A stretch of 64,000 nucleotides of DNA from Octopus sinensis (lineage: Eukaryota): contig NC_042997.1 in assembly GCF_006345805.1 (NCBI RefSeq), forward strand, positions 57,164,001 through 57,228,000, written 5' to 3'. Below, piece by piece: positions 52,655 through 64,000 of the stretch (positions are counted from its first letter, which is position 1; each line of letters opens with the position of its first letter). Both the position numbers and the translations under genes were made by a program. The notes under the pieces were generated by a model. The model was not told the origin of the DNA and did no database searches. It saw only the letters and a list, made by a program, of their open reading frames with translations.

Positions 52655-53040
52655 ATAGGTGTAGTCATGGCTTTGTGCTTAAGAAGTTTGCTTCCCAACC
52701 ACATAGTTTCAAGTTTAGTCCCACCACATGGCACCTTGGGCAAGTATCTTCTACAATAGCCCTAAGCTGACAAAAGCCTTGTGAATGAATTTGGTAAACA
52801 AAAACTGAAAGGAGTCCTTTGTGTGCGTGTGTGTATGTGTGTACACATAATTATAAATGAATATCATTCATTCCCAATATTCTGCAAAAAACCTGTCTGA
52901 CCATAGGGAAATATTACCTTGCTTGGAAACAGGTAAGGGCTGGTGACAGGAAAGGCATCTGGCTATAAAAAAATCTGCATCAATAAATTCTGTCTGACCC
53001 ATGCAAGCATGGAAAAGTGAGCATTAAAACAATGATGATG
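52655..53040 (+). mobile_element. CORE-type SINE copy
   Basis: gcaccttgggcaagtatcttctacaatagccc...gacccatgcaagcatggaaaagtgagcattaaaacaatgatgatg. Further copies at ~9640-9830 (-), ~36795-37100 and ~56100-56500. Confidence 0.75.
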
Positions 53041-53539
53041 AGAGTGTTGTTTATCCTGAAACAGTCTTGACTGAGCAAACTTGTGCTCAAAGTCATTCCT
53101 GTCATAACTAACTTATCTTTGTAGGAATATCCAAGTCAAATGTATTTTTTCTTTATTAAGACAATCGAATTTGATTTGAGGAAATATGGTTACTATTTCT
53201 AGCAGGTCAAACAATCACATAATTACTCCTTCAATGGCTACAGATATTATTTGATAAGATAGAAACCTGGATAATAGCAAAATTGCCTGAAGAAGGATCT
53301 ATGTAGAAATCTATGAACATCATGAAAATAGTGCTAAAATAATCCTGCATCCATGGCAATCTGAAACTATATTAAGATGAATCCTTTAGAATAAACTTTT
53401 TTTTTCATTCTCACTAAGAAAACAACCACTATCATCATTATTATTATTGATGGGTGGAAATAAATACTATGTAAATATTTGTCTTTGAGTCTTAAAATAG
53501 ACAGATTTCTTTCATTTTCAGTTGAAGCTAACAATCATC

Positions 53540-54500
53540 ATTATTTTAACTTGTTTTCCATGCTAGTATGAGTTGGATGGTTCGAGAGGAACTGGCCAGC
53601 CAGAGCTGCACCAGGCTCCAATTGTCTGTTTGGGCATGGTTTCTATGGCTGGATGCCCTTCCTAATGCCAAGCACTTTACAGAATATACTGGGTGCTTTC
53701 TATGTGGCACTGGAATGGGTGCTTTTTACATGGCACCAGCACAGGTGGTTTTTATGTGACACCAGCACAGGTGGTTTTTATGTGGCACCAGCATGGATGC
53801 TTTCTACGTGGCATTGGCATGGGCACTTTTTACATAGAACTGGCAGAAGAACCTTCAACATGGTACCAGCATGAGTGCCTTCAATGTGACACTAGTATCT
53901 GCGACTTCAACTTAGCACTGACATGAGTGCTTGCAATGTAACGCCGGCATGATAGCAGCATAGGTGCTTTCCAATGACTCGGATGCTTTGGCCAGCTCAG
54001 CCAACATTAGACAGTCCGATAATGGTTCAGCAGGCTGAAACTTCAAAGTCACAGTCAATACTATTCTTATTAGAGAATTATATATATATATCTTGGGAAA
54101 TAGTAGTTGTGATACCTGTGCCGGTGGAACATAAAAAGCACCATCCGAACGTGGCCGATGCCAGTGCCGCCTTGACTGGCTTCTGTGCCTGTGGCACATA
54201 AAAAGCACCATCCAAACATGGCCGATGCCAGCGTTGCCTTGACTGGCTTCCGTGCCAGTAGCACGTTAAAAGCACCAACCGATCGTGGCCAATGCCAGAC
54301 TCCCCTGGCACCTGTGCCGGTGGCACGTAAAAAGCACCCACTACACTCGCGGAGTGGTTGGCGTTAGGAAGGGCATCCAGCTGTAGAAACACTGCCAAAT
54401 CAGACTGGAGCCTGGTGCAGCCCCTGGCTTCCCAGACCCCGGTCGAACCATCCAACCCGTGTTAGCGTGGAAAACGGACGTTAAACGATGATGATGATAT
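53540..54500. repeat. Two RTE 3'-UTR fragments in divergent orientation (53540-53950 minus, 54100-54500 plus)
   Basis: Both match the RTE tail. The minus copy has short tandem ttttatgtggcaccagca-type repeats. Confidence 0.75.
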
Positions 54501-54555
54501 GTAGTTGAAATTTATAAAAAAACAAGACGTAGACTAGTGTATGAATAACAAGCCA

Positions 54556-54590
<35 letters not shown>

Positions 54591-56669
54591 CCATGTCAGT
54601 AAATTATAAATCCAAAAGAGAAGCATACTAAGTTATAGAGCAGTAGAGTAATCAGATAAAGCTAGCTATGGTTGGTCTATGGGGCTACCCAGGGTTTCAC
54701 TTCTATAAAGCTCTTAGCTTTACAGCGTCTCTTCATACCCTAATGGCTGGTTGTTTATAACATATATACATATATAAATATATATATATATAGGAAGTTA
54801 TGTGATTAGACAATCAGTTGTAGGTGATCATGAAAATGAAGTATTACAGCTAAATGAGTCTGAGTATCCCTTACCTTGCAACAGTTAAATAGACTATTTG
54901 TAATAGGTTATATTAAACTTTCAGTTATCTAGTGTTAATTCTTAGTTATATAAGTGTTCCTTGTTGAACTGTTTATTGCTAAATCTAAATTCTGAGTCTC
55001 TGTGAATTATTTACCTCATAACACTTATTTCTTACATACCCTAACCAGTTATAATTGCTATTTCATTTATGGAATAATAACAGTAATAAAACACACAATT
55101 GCATTCATCTCTTTGATTCTTTTTCTCTTTCAGAAATGTGATGTCTACTATCCTCAGTTACAGAGAACAAATATACGGCTTTTCCTCACTTTTTTCATTC
55201 AAAAGCTAATTAGATTAAATCTCTCCACATATTATTAACAAACTTTAGAGAAATAAACTATTGAAAATCTCATATCCTGGGAAACTACTGAAAATGAATG
55301 GAGTAAAAATAGAATTTGAAAAACCATTTTTTTCTTTTCCTGCTTTTGTATTTTAGATTTTATTTATATATTTATTTTATTTTTATTATCATTTATTTTA
55401 TTATTATATTATTTCTTCTTTTGTAGGAACACTCGTAACTATTAAGTTGGTTTCAGTGTGGTAAAATAAAAGGTTCATTATTTTTTCATAGAACATTAAA
55501 AAAAAAAAAACAGAAATACTGGAAAGTCAAAAAAGTACTTTCATCAGAAGCAAAAATAATTCTAAATCAATTACTCGTGTGTGTGTGTGTGTGTGTGTGT
55601 TTGAATGAGTGAGAGAGAGAATCTGTACAGTTTAACATTGTTCCAAAATCAATTTGAAGCTTGAATCAAACCATAAATAGAAACAAGTGAAATGTTGGTA
55701 ATCATAGTCACATATGATCAGACATGTGATTCTTCACATGTACACAATACAGACAATATGCTAACATCTACATATAAACCTAGAAGCTAAAAAATTAGTC
55801 CCATTTTTTTGGTTGACTGTTTCAAAATGTACCTGCTGAAATTTCTTTCAACCACAATCTAAGTTAATCGAAGATACTTATGAGAAAAATATCAAATTTG
55901 ATTATATTACAATAAAGGGTATTAGCAATTTAGCATAGTTAGCAATTTTTGCTAACTATGAAATATATTTCTTCTGTGTAACAGTATGAAGGGTTTGTAC
56001 TTTAGTAATAAATGTTTAACAATTCAACATGACCCCCAAATATATAAATATACACACACATGCGTGCGTGCGTGCGTGTGTGTGACCGACAGACAGACAT
56101 AACGGTTTGGGATTCAGTTCTACTGCACGATACCTTGGCAAATGTCATCTACAGTAACTCTGGGCTGACCAAAGCTTTTTGAGTGGATCTGGTAGACAGA
56201 AACTGGAAGAAGTTAGTCAAATATGCATATGAGTATAACTCTGTGTGTGTGTCTTGTTCTTTTAACATTGCTTGCTAATTGTAAACAATCTTCAGCATCA
56301 CACAACCAATGTTGTGCATTTGCAACCTTCCATGAAAAATATGTCCAGTCACTGAGCTGCTTTGTGTTCAATAGATGAGGGAAGACATTTTGCTTGGAAA
56401 AAGATTAAGGACAAACAACAGCCTTAGAAAATCTGCTCAACAAATTTTCTCTGACCCATGCAAGCATGGAAAAGTAAAAGTTAAAATGTTGATGAAGACG
56501 AAATATATGTATATATATATAAAAAAGCAATAAAGATTCAAGTTAATTTAAATGAATTTACTTGAATATGGTACCTAACTTAGATGCACCAAAAAAAACT
56601 ATACTGTTTTAACAATACAGTAATGTGGGGTGATTATAAGCGAGAAAGAAGCAACAAGAATGGATAGGT

Positions 56670-56760
56670 TTTTAGTACAATCGTTTCATACAAGGACAGG
56701 CTTTATTAAAAGTTGTAAAAATTACAGCATATAAACGTGTCCCGTACTCATCAGCTAAAA
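56670..56760 (-). ncRNA. Minimal type I hammerhead ribozyme motif (left arm, identical mirror copy)
   Basis: Exact reverse complement of 59741-59831. Confidence 0.8.
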
Positions 56761-59740
56761 TACATGTGAGTTCTCTAGACATCCTAGTGGTTGAGGCTAT
56801 ACTCATGAAGTAATGTAGATAATTAAGTAACATAAACAGATTTCCAAAGTTCATTAAAGTTCTTTAAAGATGATGTACAGTCTTATCACAGAATTTTAAA
56901 AAAGTTCTAATAGCATCACAGAGAAGGTGACCTAATCCATAGAGCACATATGAACTTCCAGAGATATGATGAGGGATTACATACTCACAGAAGACAAATT
57001 TATCCATTGTTAATCACAACGAGGTGGGTCTCAATTCCTGCTTATTAGCATTACAGAGAGGGTGAATTAATCCTTTGTATAGATGCACAATTTCCAATGG
57101 TGTAGATGTAAGTTTCCAGAGAAATGAAGAGGAATTTCATATTCACAGGCGATAAATTTATCAATGGTTGAACACAATGAGGTAGGTATCAATTCTTGTT
57201 ATATGATTAGGTATTTGCCACATTAATCACAATACTGCTATTTACAAGAGGCTGTAGCTATTTAACTTTTAAAGGCTGAATGGCTTTCTAGAGAGGCCAA
57301 GAATAGAAAGGGAAGGGAATAGAAGAAAAGAGAGAAAATAAGGGAGGAGGGAGCAAAAAAAAGGGGGAGGGGACTAAAAGAGAAGAGAAAAGGAAAAAGA
57401 GAATAAGAAGAAGAAACAGAAAAAAGAGAAAAGAGAAAGAAATAGGGAAAGAAGGGAAAAAATAAAAATAAGAAAGAGGGTTCTAGTTATACAGAAGAAT
57501 TAGTAGACAGCAAGTCTGGTTTTAATTTACAGGCATCTAGGAACTAGAGGAGAATATTATTCTTTGGCTAGTAAAACAGCTAATTTATTGCTGTTGAAAT
57601 CAGCTATGAATTTAAAGAGAATCTAAAGAGATAACACAGTCAGGGGTTTAGGGGTTAGATGCTAAAATCAAAAGAAAATACATTAGGAAAATCTAAGTAT
57701 AATCTTATCAAAAAGTCAATAAAACTTACTTATTTAATTTATTCATTTTATTGTCTTAAGGAGTTGCCGTTATTATTCATACATTGACGGACTACAGGTC
57801 AAATCTTAGAAGATCATTTACAAGGTGTTAGGGGATTGTCTATCATAATGAAGATAATCATATTATCACCGAGGGGGTAGCCTTATTTATTTAATTTTGA
57901 AATAGAATTATGGGGCTATAGTATCTCATTTTATTTTATTAGAGTTATGCTACTTAAATTAGATTAAGTTAGGAATTAAAATTAAAAATTACAATTAAGA
58001 TTTAAAATTGAGAATTTAAAAATTATGAGTTTGAAATTAGATAAAGCCTCAATTAAGCAGCGTATAAGTACTATTCATTTCCCTGTTCTCAAAAAACTGA
58101 TGCAGATATAAGGAAAAAGATAACTGTAGTGTGAGAACTCTTAGTTATCTACTTAAAGCAGTGCTATACTAGTAGAAATCAAGTTATATCTATCAATCTA
58201 GTTACGGATATTCTAATCATTTAAAATATTTTAAAGTCTTCGATTTAGCGTGGACACAAACTTGACCTAGTTCGATATGATTATTCAATAAGTTTCTATG
58301 TTTTCTATGCTTTAGAATTTCATACGTCTCCATGGAGCATAGTTGGCAACCAACCCTACTATTTTTATACGGAATTGCTCTCCTAACTATTTCCCAATTA
58401 AGGTTATAATTTTTATTATTATTTTTGAGTTCCCAGATTTTGTTTGAAAGTGTGGTGGTACCAGCTTTATGACGTAATTTAAAAGACGAGATGTGATTTC
58501 TAACTCTGGCTAGAAAATTAATTGTACATCCATATACATAAAATGTACATCCATGTACATAAAATAAAATGAGATACTATAGCCCCATAATTCTATTTCA
58601 AAATTAAATAAATAAGGCTACCCCCTCGGTGATAATATGATTATCTTCATTATGATAGACAATCCCCTAACACCTTGTAAATGATCTTCTAAGATTTGAC
58701 CTGTAGTCCGTCAATGTATGAATAATAACGGCAACTCCTTAAGACAATAAAATGAATAAATTAAATAAGTAAGTTTTATTGACTTTTTGATAAGATTATA
58801 CTTAGATTTTCCTAATGTATTTTCTTTTGATTTTAGCATCTGACCCCTAAACCCCTGACTGTGTTATCTCTTTAGATTCTCTTTAAATTCATAGCTGATT
58901 TCAACAGCAATAAATTAGCTGTTTTACTAGCCAAAGAATAATATTCTCCTCTAGTTCCTAGATGCCTGTAAATTAAAACCAGACTTGCCGTCTACTAATT
59001 CTTCTGTATAACTAGAACCCTCTTTCTTATTTTTATTTTTTCCCTTCTTTCCCTATTTCTTTCTCTTTTCTCTTTTTTCTGTTTCTTCTTCTTATTCTCT
59101 TTTTCCTTTTCTCTTCTCTTTTAGTCCCCTCCCCCCCCCTTTTTTTGCTCCCTCCTCCCTTATTTTCTCTCTTTTCTTCTATTCCCTTCCCTTTCTATTC
59201 TTGGCCTCTCTAGAAAGCCATTCAGCCTTTAAAAGTTAAATAGCTACAGCCTCTTGTAAATAGCAGTATTGTGATTAATGTGGCAAATACCTAATCATAT
59301 AACAAGAATTGATACCTACCTCATTGTGTTCAACCATTGATAAATTTATCGCCTGTGAATATGAAATTCCTCTTCATTTCTCTGGAAACTTACATCTACA
59401 CCATTGGAAATTGTGCATCTATACAAAGGATTAATTCACCCTCTCTGTAATGCTAATAAGCAGGAATTGAGACCCACCTCGTTGTGATTAACAATGGATA
59501 AATTTGTCTTCTGTGAGTATGTAATCCCTCATCATATCTCTGGAAGTTCATATGTGCTCTATGGATTAGGTCACCTTCTCTGTGATGCTATTAGAACTTT
59601 TTTAAAATTCTGTGATAAGACTGTACATCATCTTTAAAGAACTTTAATGAACTTTGGAAATCTGTTTATGTTACTTAATTATCTACATTACTTCATGAGT
59701 ATAGCCTCAACCACTAGGATGTCTAGAGAACTCACATGTA

Positions 59741-59831
59741 TTTTAGCTGATGAGTACGGGACACGTTTATATGCTGTAATTTTTACAACTTTTAATAAAG
59801 CCTGTCCTTGTATGAAACGATTGTACTAAAA
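59741..59831 (+). ncRNA. Minimal type I hammerhead ribozyme motif (right arm)
   Basis: TTTTAG-CTGATGA-GTACGGGAC..41 nt..GTCCTTGTAT-GAAA-C GATT G-TA^CTAAAA. Stem I is TTTTAG/CTAAAA. Stem II is 9 bp with G-U pairs and one bulge. Stem III ACGAUUGU is self-complementary with G-U pairs. The predicted GUA cleavage is after 59825. Confidence 0.8.
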
Positions 59832-59859
59832 ACCTATCCATTCTTGTTGCTTCTTTCTC

Positions 59860-59916
<57 letters not shown>

Positions 59917-59920
<4 letters not shown>

Positions 59921-60637
59921 ACGGCGGAAATTGATTTGTAAACATTGTATGATAAGTTGGAGGCAGCAATTGTGACGATAAAAAGTTGTTGTTATGTTTG
60001 CATGTTGCAGGATGTGTAAGATGAACAATACATGAAGTTTTAAGAAAGTACTTATTTACCATTACGTTACAAATACCTTGCCTCGACGGGCAGGTTTTGA
60101 TAAATCCAAAAGCATGCAAAGTAAAGTTTGTGTTTGTGTGCTCTTCATTGTTTAGTAGTAGTAATTACAGGGAGAGATAGAATGATGCTGTAAGAGAACA
60201 GAATTAGAGCTAGAGAGAATTGTAGGGTGTTGTCTCACAGTTGCTTTCTCCCTCTGACCAAAGTTGGTCAGCCAGACCTTGTTGAGTCGTCACCGACTGT
60301 GACTAACTCCATTGAGTCATCACAACTGTGATGAACTCATTTTTGCTTGGGATGTGCTTGCTTATATAACCATCCAAAAGGACAGATATATCATTGAGAA
60401 CAATAGATTTAGTTGGTGGTCTTTTTATCTCTATTTTAGCTTTTGGTGAAATAGAAGAGGTTAGAAAGGGTCAAGTGGGGAAGACATTATTTCGGCCTAG
60501 CTAAAGGCATCTGGAAAATGTAAAACTGCTGTCAGAGAAAAACCATTGTTCCACCATGGGAACAGTTCTGTAGTAGCATTAATTTAAATTTGGCTATGGT
60601 GGATCGAATCCACTTCATGCATGCAAGATTCACTACA
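59917..60637. mobile_element. Probable solo LTR inserted in a (TA)n microsatellite
   Basis: 721-bp non-coding block with termini TGTAAC...ACTACA (TGTA/TACA), (TA)n on both sides, and an internal short tandem repeat (ttgagtc(g/a)tcac...ctgtga..aactc x2). Confidence 0.6.
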
Positions 60638-60639
60638 TA

Positions 60640-60677
<38 letters not shown>

Positions 60678-60679
<2 letters not shown>

Positions 60680-63600
60680 ACTTCAGGAAACCTACCAGCC
60701 AACCTAGTCACTTACCAATCGGGCCAACATACCAGCCAAATTGACTACATCCTTACAAGGCAAAGGGAGAGATGGCTGCTTATAAATGCCAACCTTCCCA
60801 GGTGAAGAATGTACCCCACAACATAGACTTGGTAGTTAGTGACTTTTAGGATCAGGACTAGGAGGACAACCAGAAGACGACAAATATGGAGAAGAAGGAT
60901 CTGGAAGCTTAAAGATCCTGCAAATGGACAGAGATTTAGGGACATATTACTTGAAGCCTCTGACGAAGTAGAAGGGGATAGAGCATCACAGGGGGTAGAA
61001 GACAGCTGGACGTTTCTTATAGGGACAACCTGCTGAGAGCCACTGACCAGATCTGTGGGCTGGTGCAAAGTCCCCCTCTCGACCTAGAATACGTGGTGGT
61101 GGAACAATATTGTAGACAGGCTATTAGAGAAAAGAGACAGGCTTGGAAGGTCTGGAAAAATGGGGGTAGCAGGAATTGTATCAGACTGCCAAAAGAGAAG
61201 CTAGGAGACAGGTTTATTTCCAGAGGGGAAGCAGATAAGAAAAAATTTGCCAATGTTCTGCGCCGTGAGGACCAAAGACTGGAGGTGTGTCGTGTTGCAA
61301 GACAGTGTTTTGAGAAGAATCGTGATGTGGTAGGAGAGAAGTGTGTTCGCATGGAAGATGGTTCACTTGCGCTAAATGAGGATGCGAAGAGAGAGGTTTT
61401 GGAGATGCCACTATGAAAGGTTGCTGAATGAAGAAAGAATGGGATAAAGAGAGTCTGCCGAATGTTGACCCAACAGAGGGACCAGCTATCCGAGTTGATA
61501 GTTCTGTGGTAGGCCAATTAGAAGCATGAAGACAGGAAAGCCCCAGGCCCATCAGGAATCACTGCAGAGATGCTCAAAATGTCTGTGTAGTGTCGGCTAT
61601 AGCCTAGTCACCCATATAGTTAATCAGGTGATACACAAAGGGGTCATACCCAGACTCGGTGTAGCAGTATAATAGTCAACTGCTACAAAGGTAAAGGTGA
61701 TGCCCTAGATACAAATAACTACAGAGGTATCAAGCTGTTGGACCAGGTGATGAAGGTTACGGAGAGGGTCCACCCAACTAATTAGAGAGAGAGTTAGTTT
61801 AGATGAGATGCAGTTTGGGTTTGTGCCAGGGAAAAGTACTACTGATGCTATATTCCTGGTAAGGCAGCTGCAGGAGAAATACCTAGCCAAAGATAAGCTC
61901 CTGTACCTGGCTTTTGTTGACATGGAGAAAGCCTTCGACAGGGTCCCCCGATCCCTTATCTGGTGGCAATGAGAAAACTAGGGATAGATGAATGGTTAGT
62001 GAGAGCTGTGCGGGCCATGTATAGGGACGCCGCTAGTAGGGTGAGGGTTGGAAATGAGTACAGTGAAGAATTCCGGGTAGAGGTAGGGTCCACACAAGGC
62101 TCAGTACTCAGCCCCCTCCTATTTATCATAGTCCTCCAGGCAATAACGGAGGAATTCAAGACAGGATGCCCTTGGGAGCTCCTCTATGCTGATGACCTTG
62201 CTCTAATTGCTGAGTCGCTATCAGAACTGGAGGAGAAGTTTTCAGGTGTGGAAACAAGGATTAGAATCGAAGGGCCTCAGAGTCAATCTAGCTAAAACCA
62301 AAGTCGTAATCAGTAGGAAGGTAGACAAATCACAAACACCTTCAGGTAGATGGCCCTGCTCGATCTGTAGAAAAGGTGTAGGTAGAAACTCTATAAATGC
62401 ACCAGTGTAAGCTATGGACACATAAGAGAGATGCAGCAATGTCAAAGGAAGGCTAACTAGGAAGATGGTTTTTGTATGTGGCAGATGCTCAGGAACAATA
62501 AACACTGAAAATGCTCTGAGACCAACTTCCGTCACTTCCCAGGGAGAAAAACTAGAAATAGTTGATAGTTTCCGTTACCTAGGTGACCAAGTCAGCAGCG
62601 GGGGCGCGTGTGCTGAAAGTGTAACTGCTAGAGTAAGAATTGCTTGGGCAAAGTTCAGAGAGCTCTTACCTCTGCTGGTGACAAAAAGCCTCTCGCACAG
62701 AGTGAAAGGCAGACTGTATGATGCGTGTGTACGAACAGCCATGCTACATGGCAGTGAAACATGGGCCGTGACTGCTGAGGATATGCGTAAGCTCGCTAGA
62801 AATAAAGCCAGTATGCTCCGATGGATGTGTAATGCCGGTACTCACACTCGGCAGAGTGTAAGTACCTTGAGAGAAAAGCTGGACCTAAGAAGCACAGTTG
62901 TTGTGGTGTGCAAGAGAGACGTTTGCGCTGGTATGGTCATGTGGCGAGAATGGATGAAGATAGTTGTGTGAAAAAGTGCCACACCCTAGCGGTTGAGGGA
63001 ACCTGTGGAAGAGGCAGACCCAGGAAAACCTGGGACGAGGTGGTGAAGCACGACCTTCGAACTTTAGGTCTCACTGAGGAAATGACTAGAGACCGAGACC
63101 TCTGGAAGTGTGCTGTGCGCGAGAAGACCCGGCAGGACAAGTGAGTCCACACCCGTGGCCTTCTACATGGGATGGAGCCAGCCTACGTATGCATACCTTC
63201 CCTTCTTGGGACACAAAACTCTACTTGTGAAGACGTGTTGAGGCAAGTGAGGATCAGAATCGAAATCGATCAATGGAAATTGCGGATGTGCTACCAGTGC
63301 CGGTGGCATGTCGAAACTCTGCTTGTGAAGACCCATTGAGGCAAGTGAGGATCAGAATCGAAATCGATCAATGGAAATTGCAGATGTGTTACCAGTGCCG
63401 GTGGCATGTAAGAGAACTTTCCGTTTCGTGACCGTTGCCAGCACCACCCCGTTTCGTGTCCGTTGCCAGCCTCGCCTGGCCCTCGTGCCGGTGGCACATA
63501 AAAAGCACCATCCGTTCGTGGCCGTTTGCCAGCTCTTTCTGGCACCAGTGCGGGTGGCACGTAAAAAGCACCCACTACACTCACGGAGTGGTTGGCGTTA

Positions 63601-63741
63601 GGAAGGGCATCCAGCCGTAGAAACACTGCCAGATTTTGACTGGGCCTGATGAAGCCTTCTGGCTTCACAGACCCCAGTAGAACCGTCCAACCCATGCTAG
63701 CATGGAAAACGGACGCTAAATGATGATGATGATGATGATGA
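60678..63741 (+). mobile_element. Second RTE LINE copy, truncated inside the endonuclease domain, heavily frameshifted
   Basis: Begins at the APE C-terminus (LVTYQSGQHTSQIDYIL). Collinear with 3405-5998, including YADD and the Cys/His finger. ORF2 ends at 63144 (REKTRQDK*), followed by a 3' UTR with a (GAT)n tail. Confidence 0.95.
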
Positions 63742-64000
63742 TATATATATATATAAGACAATGGGATAGACACATGGTTGACAAATTTAGAGGTAAGTTA
63801 GTAGCAGAGGGTATTATTTTGGAGGTATAAGAAATAAAATAATAAACTTTCAGAAAGAACATTATCATCAACATTTTAATGTCTACTTTTCTATGGGCTG
63901 AAGAGAGTTTACTGAGGTAGAGATTTTTCTGCAGCCAGATGCTCTTCCTCTTACCAACTCTTACCTGTTTTTATAATAAAGGTGATATTTTCCTATAACC

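Larger units (their letters stand above)
56641..59860. mobile_element. ~1.3-kb near-perfect inverted repeat (arms 56641-57939 and 58559-59860, 619-bp spacer); probable non-coding Penelope-like/retrozyme-type insertion
   Basis: Identical ORFs at 56672-56854 (-) and 59647-59829 (+). Arm differences I saw are substitutions at 57509/58989 and 57656/58842 and homopolymer length changes. Each arm ends in a hammerhead motif pointing outward. Confidence 0.9.

Noticed and set aside
53280-53335. CTGAAGA followed by a GGAT/ATCT stem
   Set aside because: GAAA is not correctly placed after stem II and there is no convincing stem I or III; at best a highly decayed motif.
56672-56854. 60-aa ORF duplicated at 59647-59829
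   Set aside because: It overlaps the hammerhead, has no homology I recognise, and is duplicated only because of the inverted repeat.
63640-63680. CTGATGA-AGCC-ttct-GGCT motif
   Set aside because: It lies in the RTE 3' UTR, where other copies read ctggtgcagcc, and no GAAA follows.
1-64000. CRISPR arrays, rRNA genes, operons or prokaryotic defence systems
   Set aside because: There are no regularly spaced repeat-spacer arrays or rRNA-like sequence; the window is intron-rich eukaryotic DNA.

Overview
AT-rich, microsatellite-dense animal genomic DNA, not prokaryotic. The SINE and RTE repeat families resemble those I recall from octopus/coleoid cephalopods (inference, no search run). The only host coding sequence I can support is two small minus-strand exons of a neuronal calcium sensor (NCS-1/frequenin/neurocalcin family) EF-hand gene: a 25-nt microexon at 50384-50408 and a 49-nt exon at 57-105. 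They splice in frame to (F)SKKELKQW-YRDFMKDCPSGVLKKE across a ~50.3-kb intron. Most other recognisable sequence is transposon-derived: two RTE LINEs, three CR1/L2-group LINE pieces, an RNase H-bearing LINE, a Penelope-like GIY-YIG fragment, two mariners, a decayed maT (DD37D-like) transposase, a non-autonomous Helitron, piggyBac-type MITEs, a probable solo LTR and many SINEs. The most interesting structure is a nearly perfect ~1.3-kb inverted repeat (56641-59860) with no recognisable coding capacity. Each arm ends in a minimal type I hammerhead ribozyme, in the tail-out geometry of Penelope-like/retrozyme-type retroelements. A second, unrelated minimal hammerhead lies at 23443-23503.
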